Below are positions 50,001 to 57,704 of a stretch of DNA of 64,000 bases, one piece after another; the stretch's first letter is position 1, and each line of letters begins with the position of its first letter. A program made the translations under genes and the position numbers. Source of the stretch: a virus (Duplodnaviria > Caudoviricetes); IMG/VR virus record IMGVR_UViG_3300025892_000008; one strand, written 5' to 3'. The notes below the pieces were generated by a model. The model was given only the letters and a program-made list of their open reading frames with translations, searched no databases and had not been told where the DNA came from.

Positions 50001-52962
50001 AGATGCCGGCATAGCAAGTTATGCAGGACTACAAGCATTTAATGACAGTGTTGCTCAAAAGGATATGGTATGGTATAAAAATATCAACGGAAACAATCCT
50101 CCAACACAGCGTAGAGATATCGAAGAAATATTCGAACACATATTCCACACTATACACGCATTTGGTATTCCAGGTGCAGTGCCTGGTAGTTCAGACGCAG
50201 TGGAAATGAATCCAGATATTAGAATTGGTAATGAACCAAGTTTTGATTGGCAAAACACAGCATTACATCTTGCTATGAAAGAAGCAATTGACGCAGGATT
50301 ATATGATCCAAGTGGTTATGCTCCTGATTGGAATACAGATCCAGAGAAAGCGGCAGTGGCATACACAGAATACACTTACTTGGTAAACTGGTCAATGTGG
50401 GATATGAGTGTATACTGGGATGGCGGCTCCCTTAGTCCTGAATGGGATGATAGTTTAAAGACACCAGCAGGTATGTTGGCAAATAACCCATTAGGTTATG
50501 CATTGTTCAATACATACTTTGCTCCAGTGTTGAGCAAACCAGATTTTGCCACAATAGAAAGTATCTTTGGCGAAAATGACACAGGCGTGTCAGGATATGT
50601 TGTTGATGCATTAGTAGGCGGATCACCAGCAGTACCAGCAGTTGGGGATAGTTCTCTTATAACTAATCGAAACGCAGCAATGCCAACATTTATAGGTGAC
50701 GGCTCTACAACTACAATTGAAATAGGAGCCTATGTTACAACCAATGACGGAGACATATTAATTTTCCGTCCTATTGATAGCGATGGTGCAGTAACAATTA
50801 CAGATCCTAATATTGTAGATACCAATTTAACTGGCGGATCTCTTTCTGCAATAGACGGCGCATATGCAACAGCAACAGGATTAACAGTTGAAGAAATAAA
50901 AATTACAGGTGGTCAGTATATAGGTCCAGATCAAGTACCTTCTCCAGAAGAGAATATACCAGGTCAGGTACTTGACAATTTAAGTATTAAAGTATTCCAA
51001 ACAACTAACAACGGCGCAGCACCTCTTGAATCAAATATTTTTACAGGTGACGGCAGTACTACAATATATGAAATAGGACAAGATATAATTGAAGATACTT
51101 CGTTGTTGGTTTATGTAGATGGAATTAAGCAAGTATTAAACACGGATTATACTGCTACAAATACAACTGTAGAATTTACTACACCTGTGGCTGACAAAAA
51201 AATTGAAATTATATCTATTGGAATTGGCGGTGTAGGATTATTAGATTACCAAGAGTTTACAGCAGATGGAGCAACAGGATTATATCTTACAGACGCACCA
51301 TATAGTTTAACAAGTAGCATATTTGTTACTGTTGACGGTGTTGCAAAAGACGCTGTGTTTAGTGATAGCACAGACACTGTTGATACTGTTGGCAGAAGCC
51401 TAGTAGAGTTTGGGCAAATTCCTGCAAAAAATAGTATTATTAAAATAGTTGCTTTCCAGGCTAGCGCAAATATTGATAGTGGACAACTAGGATTAGTAAG
51501 AGTAAACAGACAAACAACAACACTTACTTCTGATAAAACAGTTGACCTAGATAATTTTGTACAATTAACTAGAGAAAGTTCAATATCATCTATGGTAGTT
51601 GAAATCAATAATATTAAACTTAAAGGACCAGACACAGTTTATTCAGTTTATGATGGAGTTACAAATTCATTTATTATTGGACAAGATCCTATAGAAGCAT
51701 CTGGTGCAATACTTTCTGCAAATATCAAAGTATACATTAACAGTGAACTTAAAACTTTTATTACAGATTATGTTTATGATGGTACATCAAAACTTTTAAC
51801 AATTAATACTGATTCTTTAAACAAAGGCGACGTAATAAAAATTGAAAATGATTTACGTGCTGAATTTTCTATTAGTGCAAACAGAATTGTAATTGATGAT
51901 TCGGTATCTTACAACCCAGGAGATATACTAGAAGTTACATGGTTTAGCGAATATCCAAGTATGGAAATTTACAGTGATAGAAATACAGGTGGTAAAGTTA
52001 ATTACGAACTTCCGTATGCTCCACTAGGAATTTCTTATGTTTGGGTTTACAAAAACGGAGTCAGACTTGTTAGAGATACAGATTATACTATCTCATTACC
52101 AAGAGGCGTTGTGTATTTAGAAGTTGATTCAGATGAAAATGATACAATTACTATTACAGCCTTTGGTGCAGATATTTACAAACTACCTAGCTCATACGAA
52201 ATAAGCAAAGACATGCTAAATGTTTACAGATACAATAGATATGCAACAGATAGCAAAATTACTTTAACTTCAGATTTAAATTATTATGATGATAAGATAG
52301 AACTTACTGATGGTAGTAATTTATATAATCCTGTAAGAAACAGAAATATTGCAGGTGTTATTGAGATACATGGAGAAAGAATAGAATACCTTAAAAAGAC
52401 TGGCAATACAATTAGTCAATTACGTAGAGGTGTAAATGGCACAGCAATTAAAGAACTGCACGCCGCAGGTTCTAGTGTTGCTGATATTGGACCAAATGAA
52501 GTTATTCCTTATACAGACAGTCAAGAAAGAACTGATTTTGTAAGTGATGGAAGTTCAAGTCTAATAGGACCGTTAGAGTTTGTACCAACTAAGAGTACTG
52601 TAGGTACATGGACTGCTACAACAATTCCTACAGATTACGGTAGATGTGATACAGTAGAAGTGTTTGTTGGCGGAACTAGACTGCGTAAAACACCGTTAAC
52701 TGTATACGATGAATCTCTTGGACCAGTAAGCCCAGGCGCAGATAAAGAATTAGAAGCAGAATTTGCTGCAGACGGTGTTAATCCTTATATAAGGTTAACA
52801 ACAGCACCAGCAGCAGGAACACGTATAACTGTAATAAAAAGGACAGGAAACACATGGTATGACAAAGGTTTAACTACTGCAAGTAACGGAGTTACACTAT
52901 TAGATAATAATACAGCAATTAGTAAGTTCATTGCTGCGAAGACAACCAGTTTACCTGAATAA
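38026..52962 (+). CDS. Giant baseplate wedge/structural protein (gp7-position, 4978 aa)
   Basis: Uninterrupted ORF after gp6 with CBM5/12-like repeats, FG-GAP-like beta-propeller repeats, GSGYT.PP.V modules and one inserted domain. Confidence 0.8.
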   Translation: MVDKVYPNSQLPIRKSSELLPETFRTDANDKFLSGVVDPLVQPGALDKLSGYVGRRFGKTYNGNSVYLDTDDTLRSRYQLEPGVTVENNQVVTKFYDYLDFKNIETFFGNSNERDDKTTFQEHYSWNPPIDWDKFINYREYYWVPAGPPTVAIFGQTQDIQSTYKVNQGIGSSWVFTPDGLTNNPTLTLYRGQTYKFTINSPGEPFALRTNYDTGSLNFDPLITYFPGDLAAFDGKLWRAKEEVSPADGSSIDLDSQDWELVDSNASFNSLIYNSGVTNNSIEVGTLTFTVPLNAPDVLFYQSETDPNRLGRFIIADIESNTAINVEKEILGKTYYKSANGVELSNGMVVEFRGQVESEKYATDTWLVEGIGKEITLIRFADLIPPNISANTPEILFDNEGFDSQPFDDATLYPANKDYVTINRSSNDSNPWSRYNRWFHRSVLEYAFKYRDSDFDGLETARAKRPIIEFHPGIKLYQQGTIAKASVDYIDDYTKDVFSTIEGSTGYSVDGEFLFEGARVLVTADDDNLANNKIYEVKFIVHNGTRQITLQETTDSKPTINECVLASRGTSNSGKQFYFDGTSWKKSQEKTTVNQAPLFDSFNETGVALDNSNTYPVSSFAGSKIFSYKQGTGPVDNELGISISYQNIDNVGDIEFDWSWETEQFTYTINQQAIIDNTNKHYYQVNGKYENGWVRTQSKYLQPIVDSVTIIDATNIVQTDIIDFDNIDDTVEIIFFRNGDELKESYTRDRNQFTFTTVFQPNDIITIKVVGEIIPKNGYYEIPVGLEKNPLNETLKTFTLGQAADHVKTALEFDTRFTGVLPGVSNLRDISDFTVNAKRFLKHSGVAASALLMLADKEINIVKSLQYAKKQYSLFKENFIKKSFEVDDTSSIPDLVDAIFEQLTKTKSSASPFADSDTLGTGAFTKINYTVDDPGLKTFSLNDTFDLDTLSRRAVYVYKNNTQLLHGKDYTFSSEFAFLTILGNLIQGDSIEIREYVSTASCHVPPTPTSIGLYKKYTPMKFIDDTYRVPTEVIQGHDGSITVAYGDFRDDVLLELEYRIYNNIKQSYEPSVFDIDANLGGYYKNSVFTKAEFDAIASQEFLKWVANTNLAYTANTYLKDTETFTYTYSNMTTPDGDENLPGWWRGAYNYFYDTDRPHRCPWEMLGFSEKPSWWDTQYGEAPYTSGNLILWEDIRDGIIRKGERAGTYKRYARTSILRHIPVNEYGELLSPLDSGLATNFTLTNNKGSFKLGDISPTEYAYRSSSEFPFVVTMALCLLRPFEYIVANFDRSKTKRNIADQIISKSTGIFIKPDEIVLPVTGSTDITSGLAFYIGSYLLSSGKPIATAQSLLSNINVRLTSRLNGFVDKTQQKYLLDSKSPAAASSSIFIPEENYNIFFNVSSPIQTVSYSGIIFEKTEGGWIVNGYDDVHPYFRIYKSIPNQADPTLSVGGVSATFVNWTEDQLYNNGAIAQYRSMFYRAKLTHTSTDKFETDNWTKLPELPIVGAATAQRRRNFNQFATEDVSYGTTFNTVQQVVDFLLGYEHYLKVQGFIFENYSTDNQAMQDFTTAAKEFMFWTRNEWAVGSLLAVSPGAEKLKVTVPIGVVDNILDSFYDYNVLTDNGEPMEIKNFDVNREFQTFTFTINETTRGLFYLKLNYVLKEHVAIFNDRTVFNDVIFDKPTGYRQERIKVQGFRTVDWDGDYTSPGFLFDNVNIISWQPFTDYKLGDIINYQGVNYTSKRNHTSDEEFNAINWTVLDSTPEKKLVPNFDFKINQMEDYFDVDTEGLSQSQRELARHTIGYQTRDYLQNLSEDSVTQFRLYQGFIREKGTNNSFTKIFNKLGRTDNEGVNLKEEWAFKVGQLGGTDQTKVVEIKLDTDNFVLNPQPLLVTNTKNVAELDRYYRINQSDFYFAPIPFTTNINPTTVEKQYLRTAGYVKVDQTKYVVQTRDDIVNIDITGVLNNDHIWVTFDDSDWTVLRINFANELPISNITTDKNKVTVTFTKRHNLNADDFIGFKTFGDIDGFHKITEVTNFTISFETEKPPADVNFEPSTLTYPILLTNARFASYDTLDLEQTALLDRKSKLYIDNNGSNKWEVVEKRKQFSAKKITAYGSTDPKHTGKKVLYLESLNQTIASMPGSGITVVYVETSDGLAVKQLLQLTTGFTTAVTNTYGEELATTPDNKWLIVGSPNASGVPSNYQGMFSTYKNYSANDIVLYEGQLWKAKNTIIGDGSSINVYTEDWEQTFNINALESGSNEGYSNQGMISLYSYSAQQWNYVESFVSPRADGDKLFGSKITVAQTATGYTMAVSAPGLDDTKGRVYLYNYTTAGGWELIQNKDYRGIYQPGGTLTATEILAGRTYTIETLGTTDFMSLGALTNTPGLEFVSTGRGDGTGTVSVESYYPKGSIVFYNGNLWKALADNQGDGSTISIESNDWIKLDSVNTNVSLPSSVSIEDDGSTLASGILSADQLAELIKEGDKFGSSLAFNNDGTTLIIGAVEADGQYFQNYKGNWQPNYEYMENDVVKYQGGYHKLENLGATAVGPDSTIRSYNQAPDDGYPWVNVGDSSTESVGKVFVYTKNDVGFYSLQQTITAESLAEISDLPAEEIISTGDMFGYAVDMDMSGTTLVITSPKADKNFQNQGSAYIFKYESDSSASRYRLKQKIESYGIYPNEYFGQSVCMTSNAAQIVIGANNTGYNLPIRFDTSSTTFDELNTSFTTYGGYSGAVYVFKLKGTRYLLTEKLEDDLSTNESFGYSVSCSNNIIAVGSPKYIAPVVHGPTLDFTGPEAGMVRLFRKDPNVNSLEIIGSEPDKIDLARIKRISLYKDSGDTKIQDLEVVDPAKLKVLAAAEKELTYKTLYDPATYNIGTEDVVVDDTIAWFGKNVGKLWWNVSTAKWLDYEQADIAYRSANWGAQVQGSSIDVYEWVESKLLPSEWSVLADTNEGLQLGVSGQPLYADDTVYSVKEFLNVNTGLVTETKYYFWVKNKVTVPENILGRQISAGEVASLINNPSTLGNTYIALADADKIFFYNYKNIVSDNISILNLEYYNTSSNNNVAHKEFLLLTEGDENSVPNSKLEKKWIDSLVGYDIQGNRVPDTNLPAKQKYGLSFRPRQSMFVNRKQILKQTVESVNAILVKEAFANTIDFTNLNLVDPEPAEVLYLYDVKVDSIVDLENVGTVRVKQAKLSANIVDNEITSINIVDPGFGYKPQQIFTTEASGVYPGPAVTLQGDGVGAEVLTHIDNQGRIVQAVVVNSGKNYTYVNPVVRQFSVLVSSDSTAGNYWSIYAWDDIRKTFYRSASQAFDTTKYWTYIDWWKTGYSETTRVTKEILDTSEEPSIQVAIGDLIRIKEYGSGSWAVFKKETDTSDLPLGNYTLVGRRQGTIKLSESLYNLQVSGTGYDNTVNFDTGLYDLEPTVELRNIFTAIKENIFIGDNKVEWNKTFFNSIRYVLHEQVYVDWLFKTSFLKATHNVGNLKVVPNYSNDNLESFQKYIEEVKPYRTTIREYVSKYNQLEGNGVAANDFDLPAVYSSNDGKIVTVNENSELVTQEPWKTWFDNKGYSITDIVIANGGSGYTSPPNVVIEGNGTGASAQAFVSSGKVTGVRILNKGKGYTSTPTVNLVGGNGASIYDAVAVAYLGEGTTRSFELKVKFDRIAKEGLFTTFTDSQTFTATGTTAVFDLRYAPTIDKTKISITKNNQTVLGSDYTVSVFTKKVDGYSFIHGRIILNDAPQIGDVIKINYSKNDELLDSVNRINKYYNPTDGMKGKELNQLMTGIDYGGVQIQGTTFDVTGGWDALPWFSDSWDSVESSADYYVVADGSTNEVTLPYVPADGQEINIYLKRAGEGTLSTIDNLQYSESVKNPPVIRIDDPYFGSGSPAIPAVPGVPADAEYNNGALITENNGTVFDRALTVNGLKLVVAGAVGGQLAVPDEWAKKTARTFELMTDPNGAGINTTHQRNFLKTLKGDVGTKHAGIPTVQRVGYGGGSTYTPNWLEDAGIASYAGLQAFNDSVAQKDMVWYKNINGNNPPTQRRDIEEIFEHIFHTIHAFGIPGAVPGSSDAVEMNPDIRIGNEPSFDWQNTALHLAMKEAIDAGLYDPSGYAPDWNTDPEKAAVAYTEYTYLVNWSMWDMSVYWDGGSLSPEWDDSLKTPAGMLANNPLGYALFNTYFAPVLSKPDFATIESIFGENDTGVSGYVVDALVGGSPAVPAVGDSSLITNRNAAMPTFIGDGSTTTIEIGAYVTTNDGDILIFRPIDSDGAVTITDPNIVDTNLTGGSLSAIDGAYATATGLTVEEIKITGGQYIGPDQVPSPEENIPGQVLDNLSIKVFQTTNNGAAPLESNIFTGDGSTTIYEIGQDIIEDTSLLVYVDGIKQVLNTDYTATNTTVEFTTPVADKKIEIISIGIGGVGLLDYQEFTADGATGLYLTDAPYSLTSSIFVTVDGVAKDAVFSDSTDTVDTVGRSLVEFGQIPAKNSIIKIVAFQASANIDSGQLGLVRVNRQTTTLTSDKTVDLDNFVQLTRESSISSMVVEINNIKLKGPDTVYSVYDGVTNSFIIGQDPIEASGAILSANIKVYINSELKTFITDYVYDGTSKLLTINTDSLNKGDVIKIENDLRAEFSISANRIVIDDSVSYNPGDILEVTWFSEYPSMEIYSDRNTGGKVNYELPYAPLGISYVWVYKNGVRLVRDTDYTISLPRGVVYLEVDSDENDTITITAFGADIYKLPSSYEISKDMLNVYRYNRYATDSKITLTSDLNYYDDKIELTDGSNLYNPVRNRNIAGVIEIHGERIEYLKKTGNTISQLRRGVNGTAIKELHAAGSSVADIGPNEVIPYTDSQERTDFVSDGSSSLIGPLEFVPTKSTVGTWTATTIPTDYGRCDTVEVFVGGTRLRKTPLTVYDESLGPVSPGADKELEAEFAADGVNPYIRLTTAPAAGTRITVIKRTGNTWYDKGLTTASNGVTLLDNNTAISKFIAAKTTSLPE

Positions 52963-52969
52963 ATACACT

Positions 52970-53638
52970 ATGAAACACGAAGAGAAAAATATGCCAGATA
53001 ATCAAAAACAAGTACAAGAAGACAAAAAACCAGCGGTAAATGAAACCGGTGGGTTTCACTTTGAAGGACATATTAAGATATTTGATCCTGAATCAGGAGA
53101 AGTTTTCCAGGATAAAAGGAATGCAATTCACTATGAAAACATGAGTGTTGCAATGGTGCAAGCATTATCTAATCAAGGTTTAGGTACAATCTATGAAATG
53201 GCTTTTGGTAGTGGTGGTACATCAGTTGATCCTACAGGATTAATAACGTATCTTACTCCAAATACAGTTGGTATTAATTCAAGTTTATATAATCAAACAT
53301 ACACAAAAATAGTAGACCAGAATGCAATTGCAAACTCTGATCCAACTAGAAACAAGATGGAAGTACGACACATTAGTGGTGCTACTTACAGTGATATTAT
53401 TATATCATGTTTACTAGATTACGGTGAGCCAGACGATCAAGAAGCATTTGATAATAGTGTAAATTTAGATGGTAACTTTGTTTTCGATGAATTAGGTATT
53501 AAATCATATAATCCTGCAGGTGCCGGAAAACTATTAACACATGTTATTTTCCACCCAGTTCAAAAATCACTGAATAGATTACTTCAAATCGATTACACGG
53601 TTAGAATACAAAGTTTAACAGGATTTAATGAGGGATAA
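52970..53638 (+). CDS. Baseplate/tail structural protein
   Basis: The ORF track starts at 52931; ATG 52970 (4 nt after TAAATA) or 52991 is more plausible. Confidence 0.65.
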   Translation: MKHEEKNMPDNQKQVQEDKKPAVNETGGFHFEGHIKIFDPESGEVFQDKRNAIHYENMSVAMVQALSNQGLGTIYEMAFGSGGTSVDPTGLITYLTPNTVGINSSLYNQTYTKIVDQNAIANSDPTRNKMEVRHISGATYSDIIISCLLDYGEPDDQEAFDNSVNLDGNFVFDELGIKSYNPAGAGKLLTHVIFHPVQKSLNRLLQIDYTVRIQSLTGFNEG

Positions 53639-53641
53639 TAA

Positions 53642-55783
53642 ATGCCATATATTGTAAATTTTACGGATAGAGATAACAAATCCCCAATTACTGTTTTTGA
53701 TAATACGTCAAGTAATGATACAAGTATAACTTTTCCAGGAAGAAACGTAACTGGTTACGGACAAATCATTGCTGAAAACTTTTTATCTTTATTAGAAAAT
53801 TTTGCAAGTGCAAATCAGCCAGTAAATCCTGTAGAAGGACAACTATGGTACGACACAACAAACGGTGTTTTACAGTTATATGATAATACAAGTTGGAAAG
53901 CAGCATCAAACATTCAAAAAGGACCAACAGAGCCTAGTGTACAAACTAGCAAAGTTGGTGAACTCTGGGTTGACACAACAAATCAACAGTTAAGAATTTA
54001 TACAGGTAGTAGATGGTTGCTAGTTGGACCTAGCGAAAGTTCAATTGATGGTAAAAGATATGGACCAGCAGTAGAAAAAATTGTTGACCAAGACAACTTT
54101 GACAAAAACGTTTTAACATTTTACATTGCAGACACACCGGTTGTAATTTTATCTAGAGATTCATTTACACCAAAAATTGAGATTAAAGGATTTGATCAAA
54201 TCAAATCAGGTTTAAATATTGCAACACCGGCAAACGCTGCAGAAGAAACAGAATTTTCAACAATATTCTTAGGAGGAGAACTTCCTAAACTTATAGGAAC
54301 TGCTAAGAATGCTGATGCATTGAATATTGGTGGCGTAGAAGTTGCAGCAGGAAAATTTTTAAGAAGTGATACTACTAATACTACTGAACAAGGATTTAAT
54401 ATTAGAAGTAATACAGGTATTACTATTGGTATTGATGGTAACTTCCAGTTAACTACTTCTGCTACATCATCAAAAATTTATAATAGTGCAGCAGGTAGTT
54501 CGATAGATTTACAGATTAACAGAAATGGTATTCCTGATACTATTCTAAGAGTTATTGACGATAAGGTTGGCATTAATATTGCTGCTCCTAATAATGCATT
54601 AGACGTTGGTGGCGACATAGGTGTTACAGGAAGTATAATTCTTTCTAATACAAATGATGCTATTAACTTGTCAACTGGTGCAATACGTACAGAAGGCGGT
54701 GTTTCTATTAAGAAAACATTGCGTGTAGGACAAGGATTAAATGTAACAGGAACAATTAGTGCAACTAATATATACCCTGATGCTAATGAAACTTATGACT
54801 TAGGTGCTGATGCACTTAGATGGAATAACATTAAAGCCAAGAAAGTAATTGCTGATGAAATACAAGGTACTATCAGCGGTAACATTACAGGAAATGCTAA
54901 TACGTCAACAAACCTAAAAAATGTAACTAACTTTACAATGGCAGGCGATGTTGTATCAAGTGGATTTACTTTTGACGGTATCGGCGATCCAAAAGTTTTT
55001 AATACACAATTAACAGCAAATATTATTACAAGTAAAAATGAACCATTACCAGTTGTTTCAGGTGAAAATGATCAAATACTTGTTTATAGAGCTAATCCTT
55101 TAACAGGAAGCACATCAACAGGACTTTTAAAACAAGACAGAGATACGTTTGTAGGTGATTTAGGTATACCGTTAGCAGGAATACTTCCATATGCAGGAGC
55201 AAATGTGCCATACGGTTTCTTACTTTGCGATGGTGGTGAAGTTGAAATTGCAAAGTTCAGAGCACTTTATGATATTATAGGAACAACATATAACGGATCA
55301 GCAGCACTAAATGGTGCCGCAGGAAAAACTTTTAGAATTCCGGACCTAAGAGGTAGATTTGCTCTTGGACGTCATAACATGGACAACAATATTACTGTAC
55401 CAAATGACGTAGGCGGGTTTGTTGATAACGGTGGCGGTTCACCGGTTCCTGCAAGAATCAGTGGTACTGAACCAGAAACACTTTCAGCATCAAGCGGAAG
55501 TAGTTCTGTTACATTAGGTCTTTCTAACTTACCAGATCATACACACAGTATGGTTGCAGATGGAGAACAATTTGCTGCGGTAAGAGTTGATACTGCACCA
55601 ACTGTAAGTTCAACATCAGGTAGAGGACCAAATAACCCAGGTGAAGCACAGTATCTTCCAGACTCAGGACCAATTAAAACTCCTACAGGAACTACTTTAA
55701 GTTCACCAGTTGGTATTATGAATCCATACTTGACAATAAATTATATAATTAGATCAGGTCCGCCTGCATTTACAACGACATAG
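53642..55783 (+). CDS. Tail fibre with phage tail-collar domain (short-fibre-like)
   Basis: GILPYAG..VP.GFLLCDG..V....F..LY..IG..Y.G...FRIPDLRGRF; shared N-terminal ENF..LLENFA module. Confidence 0.8.
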   Translation: MPYIVNFTDRDNKSPITVFDNTSSNDTSITFPGRNVTGYGQIIAENFLSLLENFASANQPVNPVEGQLWYDTTNGVLQLYDNTSWKAASNIQKGPTEPSVQTSKVGELWVDTTNQQLRIYTGSRWLLVGPSESSIDGKRYGPAVEKIVDQDNFDKNVLTFYIADTPVVILSRDSFTPKIEIKGFDQIKSGLNIATPANAAEETEFSTIFLGGELPKLIGTAKNADALNIGGVEVAAGKFLRSDTTNTTEQGFNIRSNTGITIGIDGNFQLTTSATSSKIYNSAAGSSIDLQINRNGIPDTILRVIDDKVGINIAAPNNALDVGGDIGVTGSIILSNTNDAINLSTGAIRTEGGVSIKKTLRVGQGLNVTGTISATNIYPDANETYDLGADALRWNNIKAKKVIADEIQGTISGNITGNANTSTNLKNVTNFTMAGDVVSSGFTFDGIGDPKVFNTQLTANIITSKNEPLPVVSGENDQILVYRANPLTGSTSTGLLKQDRDTFVGDLGIPLAGILPYAGANVPYGFLLCDGGEVEIAKFRALYDIIGTTYNGSAALNGAAGKTFRIPDLRGRFALGRHNMDNNITVPNDVGGFVDNGGGSPVPARISGTEPETLSASSGSSSVTLGLSNLPDHTHSMVADGEQFAAVRVDTAPTVSSTSGRGPNNPGEAQYLPDSGPIKTPTGTTLSSPVGIMNPYLTINYIIRSGPPAFTTT

Positions 55784-55792
55784 GAACTAAGA

Positions 55793-57688
55793 ATGGCATA
55801 TCAAGTTAATAAAACAGACGGAACAATTGTAGCAACAGTTGCTGACGGCCAGATAGATACGCTATCCACTGATCTAACACTTATAGGTAAAAACTATAGT
55901 GGATTTGGCGAATCACTAAATGAAAATTTTGTAAAATTACTTGAAAACTTTTCAAGTACAACACAACCTAGTAATCCTATCAAAGGACAAATATGGTTTG
56001 ACGGTACAGAAAACAAACTTAAAGTATACAGTGGTACAGCATTTGTACCAGTAAGTTCTGCAACAATTAGTAACGCCCAGCCTACAACACTAGGTGTTGG
56101 TGACTTATGGTTTAATGATACAGACAAACAGTTATACTTTTTTGATGGTGCAAACATAATACTTTTAGGTCCTGATTATTCTGAATTACAAGGATTAAGC
56201 GGAGTCAAAGTTACAAGTGTACTAGACTCACTTAACCAGACACGTGTAATTACAAGTTTATACAACAACGGAGTTTTATTAGGAATATTTTCTAAAGATT
56301 CGTTTACACCTAAGAATGCTATTGAAGGATTTACTGGAAGTATAAACCCTGGATTTAATCAAGGTACACTTGCAGGCATAAAATTTGATGTAACTGCTAC
56401 AAATGCAGATAAACTAGGTAATGTTGATGCTACTACATATGCAAGACGTGATACTTCAAATCAGTTTGCAGGACAAATTAGAATCAATTCAGATTTAGGA
56501 ATTGTATTTGGTGCAGGTGACCAAGGTAACATTACAGTTACTGATGGTAACTTGTTCTTTAGTAATACAGCATCAGATAAAGGAATAACTTTTAACGTAA
56601 GAAAAGGTATTGTTCAAGAAGAAGCGTTTGTAGTTAATTCGCTTGATAGAAAAGTAAGTTTCTATGAAAATTTTACAAACAGTGAAGCAGTATTTGGCGG
56701 AAGTGTTGAAATAAAAGGTAATACAACTATTAGAGGACAGTTAACAATTGAAGATGGTGACATCATTTCTCTTAATACACAAAACTTAGTAGTTGAAAAC
56801 AAACAGATTGAATTAGCAAACACCGGAGATACTGCAACAAATTCAGATACAGTTGCAGATGGCGGTGGTATAGTACTTAAAGGCCCAGCAGCAAATGTAG
56901 ATCATGTGTTGCTTTGGAGTAATTTAGGTTTAACAGCAACAGCAAAAACACCAGCTCTTGCAGCACAAGCATGGACAAGTTCAGAACATATCAATCTTGC
57001 TACAGGAAAAGCATTTAAGATTGATGGTGTTACAGTTCTTAATGGAACAAGCCTAGGTACAGGTATTACTGCTATTCCAGGTGTTACTTCTTTTGGTACA
57101 CAGAACGTTGTTAACATTGGCGCTAGTCCTCCAACAGCGGACTTTAAACTAGAAACTGATAGTGGTAGTAGTAAACCAAGAATTACAACATTAACTACCG
57201 ATAGTGATTTAGAAATAGCACCAAACGGAACAGGTAATGTTGCATTGATAGGATCACCTAGAATTACTGGACTTGCAGATCCAACAGGTGCACAAGATTC
57301 TGCAACAAAAGAATATGTTGATAACACTATTGAAACTAGAAGTCTTGCATTTAGCATGGACTTATCGGATGGTAAACCTAACAGTTATATTTCAGGTACA
57401 ATACTAACACAATTAGCACCACCTGCAGATTTTAGAAATGGTACACTTGCAAGAATATTATGTACAACATTACAAAACAGTACAACAAGTTTAGAAATTA
57501 ATCCATTAAGATCAGAAACAAGAGATGACTTTGATTTAACAAGCGGCGGATCAGCATCTGCCTTACAACAACTTGCATTTAGCACAGCGACAGTTGCTGC
57601 ACCAGCAGTTACAACTTTGAGAGTTATTAAAACTTTCCAACTTGTAGCAGGTGCATGGTCGTTTGTGTCTGAAGTGTCATTACCATAG
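55793..57688 (+). CDS. Tail fibre paralog
   Basis: N-terminal GKNY.G.GE..NENF..LLENF..P..GQ.W.D; ADPTGAQDSATKEYVD. Confidence 0.8.
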   Translation: MAYQVNKTDGTIVATVADGQIDTLSTDLTLIGKNYSGFGESLNENFVKLLENFSSTTQPSNPIKGQIWFDGTENKLKVYSGTAFVPVSSATISNAQPTTLGVGDLWFNDTDKQLYFFDGANIILLGPDYSELQGLSGVKVTSVLDSLNQTRVITSLYNNGVLLGIFSKDSFTPKNAIEGFTGSINPGFNQGTLAGIKFDVTATNADKLGNVDATTYARRDTSNQFAGQIRINSDLGIVFGAGDQGNITVTDGNLFFSNTASDKGITFNVRKGIVQEEAFVVNSLDRKVSFYENFTNSEAVFGGSVEIKGNTTIRGQLTIEDGDIISLNTQNLVVENKQIELANTGDTATNSDTVADGGGIVLKGPAANVDHVLLWSNLGLTATAKTPALAAQAWTSSEHINLATGKAFKIDGVTVLNGTSLGTGITAIPGVTSFGTQNVVNIGASPPTADFKLETDSGSSKPRITTLTTDSDLEIAPNGTGNVALIGSPRITGLADPTGAQDSATKEYVDNTIETRSLAFSMDLSDGKPNSYISGTILTQLAPPADFRNGTLARILCTTLQNSTTSLEINPLRSETRDDFDLTSGGSASALQQLAFSTATVAAPAVTTLRVIKTFQLVAGAWSFVSEVSLP

Positions 57689-57704
57689 GTGATCAGGAGC
57701 GAAT

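Noticed and set aside
42788-52739. 16-bp direct repeat CAGTAAGCCCAGGCGC (42788 and 52724)
   Set aside because: Both copies encode VSPGA in frame; an isolated match is explicable by codon bias.
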